Source of the DNA: Eledone cirrhosa
Lineage: Eukaryota
NCBI GenBank assembly: GCA_964016885.1
Contig: OZ024743.1
Location: forward strand, 50,158,001 to 50,222,000
DNA length: 64,000 nucleotides
Direction: 5' to 3'
A program made the position numbers and the translations under genes. Under the pieces are notes generated by a model, which ran no database searches, had not been told where the DNA came from, and saw only the letters and a program-made list of their open reading frames with translations. This document shows, piece after piece, positions 53,231 to 64,000 of the stretch. Every line of letters starts with the position of its first letter. Position 1 is the stretch's first letter.

Positions 53231-53503
53231 TGAGAAGGTGTCAAACTGGTACCATTTACATTTCATAATAAAACAGAACAGAAAACCCCTTTCCAGGGGA
53301 TAATTCCGATATCACTTTTTCGACTTGATTTCTTCGATTTCCTTTCATCTCTGATCGGCGAATGGAAAGTGATAAAATGATAAGGCGATATTGAACATTT
53401 CCCGGATATTTGGTTAATCGAACCGACGTAGCAGCCGATCTTTTCCAAAGTTGCCTCCACCATATTATTTCAAAGACGACAACAACAACAACTACTACTA
53501 CTA

Positions 53504-53536
<33 letters not shown>

Positions 53537-53766
53537 GATCAAAGACTAATTAGATGTTTAAAATCTCATCCTTTAAATGCCAGCACATCAAAAGCTTCTC
53601 TCAGATGAAATTCGCTGATACATGATTTTAGCTGATTCCTGGGTTTTATTGCTATTTATTGGCCGTATACACACATACACATACACACACCCTATATATA
53701 CATACACAGATGTGTACCCTATATACATACATACACACACATATGTATTGTATATAGTATATATAT

Positions 53767-53940
<174 letters not shown>

Positions 53941-54374
53941 GGATGGATGGATGTATATATACACAAACACATGCATAGAGCGATATACATACATAGATAC
54001 ACACACACATATATATATATATATATTTGTGTGTGTGTGTGTGTGTATGGGGGAGGGTATATGTGTATGGGGTGGGTATATCTGTGTGTGTGTGTGTGTG
54101 TATTCCGAGCTAGCGATATGTTAATAGTCGGAATATTCTTCAAAGCAATTGGCGTGTCTAGCTCTGGTAATCGCTAACGCAACAGGCATTATTAGACAGA
54201 CAGAGAGAGACAGAGTAAAGATATATATAGAGAGAGGGGGGGATAGAGAGGGGAGAGAGAGGGGGGAGACATTGAGAGGGAGAGATAGAGAGGGATAAAG
54301 AGGGATAGAGAAAAAGAGAGAGAGTGTGTGTGCGAGAGAGAGTGTGTGTGTGGTGTGAGAGAGACAGAGAGAGA

Positions 54375-54419
<45 letters not shown>

Positions 54420-54422
<3 letters not shown>

Positions 54423-54538
54423 CAATGACATTACATACCATCAGAGAGAGAGAGAGAGAGAGAGATGAGAGAACCAAATGACATTACATACCATCAGAGA
54501 GAGAGAGGGAGAGAGAGAGAGGGAGGAGAGGAGAGAGG

Positions 54539-54573
<35 letters not shown>

Positions 54574-54596
54574 ACCAAATGACATTACATACCATC

Positions 54597-54629
<33 letters not shown>

Positions 54630-54649
54630 ACCAAATGACATTACATACC

Positions 54650-54715
<66 letters not shown>

Positions 54716-54811
54716 CAAATGACATTACATACCATCAGAGAGAGAGAGAACCAATGACATTACATACCATCAGAGAGAGAGAGAGAGAGAGAACCAATGA
54801 CATTACATACC

Positions 54812-54845
<34 letters not shown>

Positions 54846-55550
54846 CAATGACATTACATACCATCAGAGAGAGAGAGAGAGAGAGAACCAATGACATTAC
54901 ATACCATCAGAGAGAGAGAGAGAGAACCAATGACATTACATACCATCAGAGAGAGAGAGAGAGAGAGAGAGAACCAATGACATTACATACCATCAGAGAG
55001 AGAGAGAGAGAGAGAGAACCAATGACATTACATACCATCAGAGAGAGAGAGAGAGAGAGAGAGAACCAAATGACATTACATACCATCAGAGAGAGAGAGA
55101 GAGAACCAAATGACATTACATACCATCAGAGAGAGAGAGAGAGAGAGAGAACCAATGACATTACATACCATCAGAGAGAGAGAGAGAGAGAGAGAACCAA
55201 TGACATTACATACCATCAGAGAGAGAGAGAGAGAGAGAACCAAATGACATTACATACCATCAGAGAGAGAGAGAGAGAACCAAATGACATTACATACCAT
55301 CAGAGAGAGAGAGAGAGAACCAAATGACATTACATACCATCAGAGAGAGAGAGAGAGAACCAAATGACATTACATACCATCAGAGAGAGAGAGAGAGAGA
55401 GAGAGAGAACCAATGACATTACATACCATCAGAGAGAGAGAGAGAGAGAGAGAGAGAACCAATGACATTACATACCATCAGAGAGAGAGAGAGAGAGAGA
55501 ACCAATGACATTACATACCATCAGAGAGAGAACCAATGACATTACATACC

Positions 55551-55584
<34 letters not shown>

Positions 55585-55639
55585 CAAATGACATTACATA
55601 CCATCAGAGAGAGAGAGAGAACCAATGACATTGCATACC

Positions 55640-55675
<36 letters not shown>
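54420..55675. repeat. Composite minisatellite: constant 23-24-bp unit separated by variable (GA)n, ~26 copies
   Basis: ACCAA(A)TGACATTACATACCATCA followed by (GA)n. Confidence 0.95.
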
Positions 55676-55677
<2 letters not shown>

Positions 55678-56504
55678 CAATAGAGTAAGTCTGTAATATG
55701 TTTCGGCCTTATTATTAGGTCTTAGAATGGACTTCAGCGCTGACTTAATTTAGTTTGTGAACAAATATAAGAAAGTGAGGGAGAGGGGAGAGAGAGAATG
55801 AGAGAGGGGTAGCGAGAGAGGGGGGGGGCAGAGAGAGGGGTAGCGAGAGAAGGGGAGCTTGAGAGGGCGAGAAAGTGAGATTATGTGTGTGTGAGAGAGA
55901 GAGAGTACGAGAGTATGTGTTGTGTGAGAGAGAGAGCGAGAGAGTGTGTGTGTGTGTGAGAGAGAGAGCGAGAGTATGTGTGTGAGAGAGAGAGTGAGAG
56001 AGAGATTAGCATGTGTGTGAGAGGGAGAGAGTTTGTGTTTGTGTGAAAGTGAGAGAGACATTAACGTGTGTGTGAGAGAGAGAGAGAGAGTTTGTGTATG
56101 TGTGAAAGAGAGAGAGAGAGAGAGAGAATGTGTGTGAGAGAGAGAGAGTTTGTGTATGTGTGAAAGAGAGAGGGAGAGAGAATGTGTGTGAAAGAGTATA
56201 TAGATGTATGTGGTGATAACGTGAAGAACCATAGCAATCTCTGATTATAGACTATATTAACCCGGCCTTTCTAGCAACTAATCTTCAAAAGAACGTGGCG
56301 GCATCTATAAAACGGCTAAATGTGACTCTATTGCTGGGATAGTAAAATAGGCATCACTTTGATGTCTCTTTATTAATGGTGGCCACCCCCCGTCGGGGGA
56401 GGGCGGCTGAGAGCGGGGAGGGGAACATCAGCAAAAAAGTGAAGTAATCCAACCTTGATATTGTTGTTGTTGTAAAAGGTAACTTTTAACCAGCAGAAAC
56501 TGTA

Positions 56505-56540
<36 letters not shown>

Positions 56541-56610
56541 ATAAGTGTATGTCTATGTGTGTATGTGAATATATATATATATAACATAAGTGTATGTCTA
56601 TGTGTGTATG

Positions 56611-56659
<49 letters not shown>

Positions 56660-56958
56660 ATGTCTGTATACATAAGCATATATAAATATTTATAGATATA
56701 CAAATATATGTATGCAAAAAGTAAACGGCAATGACAAAGCAAACTACACAGTACTATGAAGAAATATATGCTTAACGCTTGATATCGTAGGGAAAGAGTC
56801 TTCACGTTTCGGTCACTAGTCCTTCTTCAGAAGTTAGATTGAGAAGAGAAAGGGATGGAAAAACATTTATTTAGAAAAAGCACGTGCGTAATCAGTCAGT
56901 CATTTTAGAGATATGGATATATATACATACATACATACTACATATATATATATGTATG

Positions 56959-57019
<61 letters not shown>

Positions 57020-57020
57020 G

Positions 57021-57058
<38 letters not shown>

Positions 57059-57059
57059 G

Positions 57060-58030
57060 CGGCGATGAATTATTTTTGCGAGGTTTTTTATATGAAATCG
57101 TGTGTCGAAACAAATATTGTTATACTTGGGTAGGGTCATATTTGTGTAATATTGCCAGAATTAATAACAGAACACACTCACTGTTTAGTTGGTTTTCGCT
57201 TCTCGCTTCTGTGTCTTTTATATCGGCAATCTAATATACTCGGTCCTCAATGTTGCCATTGACTGACCGGCGGTCAAAAATAATACAGATACAATATAGA
57301 CACAAACACATATATATAGTTTATCATAAATCTTTCGTTGCACATCTGCAACATCGTCAGTGGTGCTATATTTTCCTCCTGTTGTATTGTATGTCTACGC
57401 CATTTTTATTCAGTCTGTCTATATATTTATTTATTTATTTGCTTGTTTGTTTATTTTATTTTGTCTTCTTTGCGCATGCGTTTGCGTGTGTGTATAGTGT
57501 TATGTTTGTTGTGTGATGGGTGACTAGTGTGTGTTTATGTGCTTGTTGTTATTGTGCTTGTGTATGTATTTATTTATTTATTTATTTATCTTATTTTATT
57601 TTATTTACTTATTTATACTTCTCTTAGGTCAGTGTTGTTTGTTTGGGTGTTGTTGTTATTCCATTCATTCTTTCTCTTTAGCCTTGACCTTCTAAGTTCT
57701 ATTTTACTGGCCTCTCTGATTTGCCTATCTGCTGGGTCATTTCTATGTTTAGATATTATTCTAATTTCTATGTTGTGTATGTTACCGTCATGTTGTTGTC
57801 TGGCATGTTCGTATAGTACTGACCCGTTTTTTCGTCCTTTTAGTTGCCCCCAGTGTTGGTCTATCCTTTCACCTATGCTACGAGCTGTCTCACCTATGTA
57901 TGTTGTTGTCATGTTTCTGCAAGTACCTTCTGTACATCTTATGCTATAGACTACGTTTCTAGTTTTACAGTTTATCCGGTGGTTCAGCTGATCATCGTGC
58001 ATACCAAACGATTATTAGTTATTCACACTG
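57060..58030 (-). mobile_element. 5'-truncated Penelope-like element: GIY-YIG remnant + pLTR
   Basis: ORF 57613-58002: NCKTRNVVYSIRC..YIGETARSIGERIDQH..LYEH..RQIREA..RKNEW; downstream pLTR with HHR. Confidence 0.88.
57323..57364 (-). ncRNA. Minimal type I hammerhead in PLE pLTR
   Basis: acca-CTGACGA-t-gttgca-gatg-tgcaac-GAAA-gatt-TA-tgat. Confidence 0.72.
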
Positions 58031-58454
58031 GTGGGGGATTTAGTTAAAGAGCTAGTGGAATGAGTCATGATAAGTTTTTAGGGTAGAAATTAAAGTTAGG
58101 ATTAAGCTTAGAATTTACGAGTACTGTTTGGCGGTCGATAACCGAGGGCATCTCTCTGGATTGTGTCTATTATATTCCTTTGTTAAATTTCGAAATACCT
58201 GATGATGTCATCGGATTCATACTGAACCCGGTCATTGAAATGTTCATAGTATAATAAACCTTTAAGGAATTACACCAGTCCAGCCTCCTGTTATTTTATA
58301 ATAATTAACTCCGTACTCGCACCAACAACAACACAAACGAAGACGGCTGAGTTGCATTACGTCGAGTGCTCTCCCTAATATTACATACGGATTGACCAGT
58401 TCTATCCAGTGGTGAACCAAAAACCTAAATGAATATATATATATATATATAATT

Positions 58455-59000
58455 ATGTATACGTATATACATATATGTATACAGACGTGCAGTAGCATGT
58501 ATATATAAATACATACATGCACACATATATATATATGTACGTTTGGATTCACCGAACATTTATTATAATGCTCGTTGTGTTTGTAAACAAAGATCCCGAA
58601 TTAAGCCGTACAGTGTCTAGCAACCACCGTTGCTCATTTGTTCAACACTGACAAAGGAACGCTGTACTAGTTTCAAGCTTATTAGCTATCGTCAGCAACG
58701 TATACCTTCCTGTCAGATGATTGAACGTCTGAAAGTATATACTTTCCTTATGCATATTAACGGCTGAGCAGCCTAATTTGCATATCGAGTGAGTTAATGG
58801 ATGTTTATTTATAAACACACCGAGCATTATAATAAATGTTCGGTGAATCCATACGTACATGTATATATGTGTGCATGTATGTATATATATATACATACTA
58901 CTGTACGTCTGTATACATATATGTATGTACGTATACATACTTATATTTAAGTAACAGCCGTACTAAAAGTGAGAAATGAAATTTCGTTTCATTTTTTCCG
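58455..59000. mobile_element. Inverted-repeat HHR element related to the 46.6-kb unit
   Basis: 58455-58596 is the inverse of 58799-58939; tail TACTAAAAGTGAG..AAATTTCGTTTC resembles 46905-46950. Confidence 0.7.
58660..58700 (-). ncRNA. Minimal type I hammerhead ribozyme
   Basis: cgttg-CTGACGA-t-agct-aata-agct-t-GAAA-ctag-TA-cagcg; GUA triplet. Confidence 0.82.
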
Positions 59001-59049
59001 TTTATATATATATATATATATTTATATATAAAGATAGATAGATAGATAA

Positions 59050-59088
<39 letters not shown>

Positions 59089-59314
59089 GGGGGGAGAGAG
59101 GGGGGGAGATGGTAGAGAGAGTGAGAGAGGGAGAGAAACAGACATTGTGTGCAAAGCTTGAACTTTCGAACTTTCAAAGCGCTGAGAAATTAAATTTATA
59201 GAAAATGTAGGTCGCCCAAGCGCAAAATATAACTTCAATATTACAGTCAGTTGCTATAAGCTTATAACATTCGGGTTATAACCCTAACCCTTAGAGGCGG
59301 AAAAGCCGATGTAG

Positions 59315-59388
59315 TGGCCACTACAAGGAATCAAACTTCGTTTCTTTCAGATACCGGCTGAGAGCTCTCACCATTGAGCTAAGGCACC
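59315..59388 (-). mobile_element. tRNA-like SINE head or tRNA pseudogene
   Basis: GGTGCCTTAGCTCAATGGTGAGAGC (A box) ... GTTTGATTCC (B box); acceptor stem does not pair well; similar head on + at ~59868. Confidence 0.55.
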
Positions 59389-60430
59389 TCTGACAACATT
59401 TTACACGAAGGAGCTGAATCAAACAGCTTTGAAAATGTAAACAAAAATTCTGTGCGAATTTACGAAGCGCTGGGAAAATATAGTTATAGATGTAGGATGT
59501 TCTTCAGTAGAAGATAACTGCAATTACAGTCAGTGTGCTGTTTGATTCCGATCCTTAATTTAAACGGTGAGATGTTGCATCGAGCCCAGTGCATTGCTTG
59601 TGATTTAATTCATCGACCCCACAAGGATGAAGGGCGAAGCTAACCACGGCGACATATGAACTCAGCAGAAGGTAAAGGGGCATAACTCTATGCCGCATGC
59701 ATGTTGTCGAAAGTTCTACCTATACTGCCAATCCACGATAGTATTGTGCAAGCAGAGGGTAGAGTTGAAGGAATTTATAAGGTTTACGAGCATGATTGTT
59801 TTGAAACTAGCACCGATATTCAAGACAGAAGCTTGGAAAAGTAATTTAAAAAGAAAAAATGCTTACAGCACCTAGATCAATGGTTAGAGGACTCGATATC
59901 TGAGAGATACGAAGTTCGATAACTGCCACTGGCATCGTCTTTTCTGCGCCTCTAAGGGTATTTACTCGATTTATAGGCTTTTTATAGCAGCTGACTTTAA
60001 TTGTAGTTATTTTCTCTGCTTGAGCAGTCTACATTTTCTATAAATATATTGTGTGTGAAGCAACACGACGTGTGTACTTATGGTAAAATGCACTTGCTCA
60101 AGATGCAATGCAGTGGGACAGAACTCGGAACCTCATGATTTAGGTCAAATTTCTTCACCATTCAGCCATACTGTATTCATGGCAACAGATATAAACAGGA
60201 GTTAAAAAAAACGATTTCTCCGTGAAACTAAATAATATTGCCATTGACAATATGTTTTTGTGTGTGTGTGTGTGTTAGTGTGTGTGTGTGTGTGTTATTG
60301 TGTGTGTGTGTGTGTGTGTGTGTTTTATGCATTTAGAAGAAGAAGAAGAAGAAGAAGAAGAAGAAGAAGAAGAAGAAGAAGAAGAAGAAGAAGAAGAAGA
60401 AGATTATTATTATTATTATTATTATTGTTA

Positions 60431-61962
60431 TTCCTTGAATCTCAGTCATTGATGTTGGTTAACTGGAAAGTCCGTTGGATTGAATATCAAGCCACTACCT
60501 GCAGCCTCAGATATTCAGGACGTATCGGAGGGTTCTTGCCGTTCCAAGCAAGCATGCCTTTTGAAGCGTTCCAAAAAGCGTGAAGGGGCCGATTTTCTTT
60601 AACCATCCCTGGAAACCTTTGGAGATAGTCCCCAGTGCGCCTATGACAATCGGGATCACTTTGACTTCATGGCAGTTCCAAATCCTTTTCACCTCCCACT
60701 TTAGGTCCTGGTATCGGTTAATTTTCTCCCTCTCCTTCTCTTGCACTCTCGTGTCGAACGGGCAGGCCACATCCACAATCAGGCACGATCTTTTTTCTTT
60801 GTCCACAACCACCAGGTCAGGTCTATTGTGTTCCAGTTTTTTGTCCGTCTGTATCCTAAAATCCCACAGCACCTTCACCTGACTGTTCTCCATCACCGCC
60901 TCTGGCCTATGCTCATACCATTTCTCAGAATGTGGTAGATTGTTTACTTTGCACAGGTGCCAGTGGATCACCCTGCCCATCACATCGTGTCTCCAGCCCT
61001 TATAGTGGGTCTGGGCTAGGTGTTTACACTCGGACACAATGTGAGCCACAGTCTCCTCTCTCTCTCCACAGATCCTGCACAGTGGGCTAACCTCCTCCTT
61101 GTAGATATGGTGCTTCAACCACTTCGTTTTGAGGGCCTGCTCCTGCGCAGCCATTAGCATTCCTTCTGTAGCCTTTTTGAGGTCTCCTCTTCTCAACCAG
61201 TTCCATGTCTGTGGATCTCTAAATTCAGTTTTCTCAAAGAAGGTACTATGAAGGGATTTTCCCTTAAGGCTGCTCTTCCTCCTTGATGTTATTTCCTCCT
61301 TGGATATCCCCTGGCCTACTGTCCCCTCCTTCAGTACAGCTCTGAGCATTGGCTCCTTACTATAGGTCACGCATTTGTATAGGTTGTTTTTCTCCATCTG
61401 AACACAGTCCTCTATGCTGATAAGACCTCTTCCACCCTCAGATCTCCTTAGGTAGAGTCTATCGACATCACTCCTCTTGTGGAACATGTTGTAGATAGTC
61501 AATAGCTTCCTAGTCTTCCTATCCATTTCTTTTTGTTCAGCAACATTCCATCTCAGAATTCCCGCACTGTACCTAATAATAGACACAGCTCGGGAATTTA
61601 CTGCGCTTATGGCATTTCTGCTGTTCAGATGTGACTTCAATACGCTCCTTACTCTCCGAATGTATTCAGTTCTTAACAATTCCTTCATTTTTTTGTTCTT
61701 TATGCCATCAGCCTCCAGAACGCCCAAATACTTGTATCCTTCCTCAGAGTCAATTTCCTTTATCATCTCACCTGTTGGTATCTGGATCCCGTTACTTCTG
61801 CTCAACCTACCCCTCTTCATCACAATGACTCCACATTTACCAATACCAAACTGCATACATATATCACTGCTGAAAATACGGACAGTGTCAACAAGCACAT
61901 CCAACTCCTTCTCACTTTTCCCGAAGAGCTTAAGATCGTCCATGAAGAGGAGGTGATTGATG
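60431..61962 (-). mobile_element. 5'-truncated Dong/R4-clade LINE inserted in a (TAA)n tract
   Basis: Open frame from INHLLFMDDLKL through CRICGEREETVAH, RHD and RPD to the stop at 60507; (ATT)n on both sides (60403-60430, 61963-62028); closely related to 22515-23872. Confidence 0.95.
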
Positions 61963-62029
<67 letters not shown>

Positions 62030-63387
62030 GGCGAGGAGACATTGCTAAACTTGATATCATTCAATAATAATTGCTGTTAATATTTATTTAGTAATAATTG
62101 TTAATATAAATGAAATCTGTCAGAAACTGAACTGCGACACTGAACTGGGTAAAAATCACGAAAGACCATCACCGTTGACTTTATTGTAATCACCATCTTT
62201 ACTTCGACTCTTACCAAACATCATTTCACTTTGCTGGCGTATTGTTCTCCCCAAAATAATGATTTCAACTAGATTTCTCTGCTTCTTAGCAACCATATTA
62301 TTAACTTAAGCAGCCATTAAAACGACTTGTTCCTCTGTTCGTTGTTGAATCTGAGATGCTATTTTTAATTTAAGTTTAACGGAGGGAAGGCTGAAAAAAG
62401 ACATTTTTACAGCCTGAAGTGAATTCATTAAAATATCGTAATTGAATTGTAAGAGTTTTGTTTCGTTAATCATCACAGCAATAATTAAGATGCGACTAAT
62501 TTCTTACACTAAATGTTTTTACTGTTCAGTCGAGGCAGAAAAGGTCAGTAACCGTGACCCTTTCCAGGGCCTCTGAGACAAATAGGACAGAAGGAGATAT
62601 GTTTAACCCTAGAACTCCAAAGTCTCTGAGACAAATAGGACGGAAGGAGATATTCTTAACCCTAGAGACAGGCGAAAATGTTTGCAGCCGACTGGACTCA
62701 GCTAAAGGCACCCGAACGAGATGAATTAAGTCTACCACTCATGAAAAGGAACTGTCCCGCTAACGAACCTCCATATTTTACCCACAAGCTTTTAGTTGAT
62801 TCGAGGCTATAATATAAATCCCTTTTTTTACTGCTTATTTAGTGAAATAAAACCCATACCCTTGAGTCTTTTCTGTGCCTCCTAGGTTTCTGTAAGGAAG
62901 GATGGGAGGGAAGTATCCTCCGGAGACTGGAATTGAATATTTGCAAGAGAGTGGACTCTGCTTAAGATGGCAAAGGGACGGATTGTGGTCTTAAAATGGG
63001 CGACGGATTGGGTTTACCACTTATGTAGGCCAGAGTGTGATTTGGACTCAGAACATAATGTGTCGGAACAAATATAGCAAGACAACTCATCTGACGCTCT
63101 AATAATTCCACAGACTGGCACTTTGTTTTTTAACCTTTCGAGGTCAATAAAATAGAGTTCACATCGACGGGATTTGAACTCAGGGCGCGGTCGGCTGGAG
63201 CAAGTACCGTAAGGTATTTTGGCCGACACTTAGACGATTCTGCCAATTTACGTTCCTAGAAGCAACCAACCACTGACTCAGCCATTGTCAACAGAAACCG
63301 CTCATATCTGTATTGTCTCTAGGAACACTAAGGTATTAACTCTTTAACTAGGATAAAAATATCAACAGCAGCTTAACTTCATTTTAA

Positions 63388-63443
<56 letters not shown>

Positions 63444-63479
63444 ATATATATATATGTGTGTGTGTGTCTGTGTGTAGTG

Positions 63480-63526
<47 letters not shown>

Positions 63527-63542
63527 TGTATATATGTATATA

Positions 63543-63607
<65 letters not shown>

Positions 63608-63646
63608 ATACATATACATATATATATATATATGTGTATATATATG

Positions 63647-63739
<93 letters not shown>

Positions 63740-63808
63740 CATATATATCTTGCATTTACTTATGCATTCTTCGTAGGCTAACACATGATGTAACATGATA
63801 CACAACTG

Positions 63809-63822
63809 GTTGCCATGACAAC
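63809..63822. promoter_or_regulatory. Candidate RFX X-box
   Basis: GTTGCCATGACAAC fits the palindromic X-box consensus; adjacent CAGGTG E-box; lies in non-repetitive sequence. Confidence 0.45.
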
Positions 63823-64000
63823 GGCAGGTGTTTCAATATTTACCGTTCTGTTGCTGCACATTTCGCTGGTAAATGGAATAAATAAATATCAAGCCGTACA
63901 ACTAGATTTCATTACTACTTCGCAATACAAAGCATATTAAATAAACACATAATTGTGTGTATATATATATGTATGTATATATATATATATATATATATAT

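Noticed and set aside
53263-53463. 66-aa ORF in unique sequence
   Set aside because: No recognisable motif or splice support.
54420-55675. CRISPR-like repeat-spacer appearance
   Set aside because: Spacers are pure (GA)n, the context is eukaryotic and there are no cas genes.
59279-59292. Telomere-like TAACCCTAACCC
   Set aside because: Only two units and internal; more likely part of a repeat element.
61963-62060. Poly-Ile N-terminus of the 517-aa ORF
   Set aside because: It is the flanking (TAA)n target read in frame, not part of the LINE protein.

Overview
This is AT-rich, microsatellite-saturated eukaryotic DNA. Its SINE, LINE and Penelope content looks like a cephalopod (Octopus-like) genome; that assignment is an inference. 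No host protein-coding gene can be supported, and most ORFs in the track are microsatellite artefacts. Recognisable mobile elements are: a near full-length Tx1/L1-clade LINE plus fragments; two Dong/R4-clade LINEs, one inside a (TAA)n tract; a near full-length RTE LINE with a target-site duplication inside a tRNA-derived SINE; a second RTE fragment in which 50 bp was amplified into a minisatellite; a Naiad-type Penelope-like element (PLE) with an open RT-GIY-YIG frame; several PLE remnants; four non-autonomous Helitrons; and many SINEs. The most notable signal is about 20 minimal type I hammerhead-ribozyme (HHR) motifs from several families, read by eye. They sit in short non-coding units inserted in (TA)n tracts. 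These units appear as perfect palindromes, a tandem dimer with a 467-nt period, and circularly permuted, longer-than-unit copies. This is the pattern expected of PLE-mobilised retrozyme-like elements with circular or multimeric RNA intermediates.
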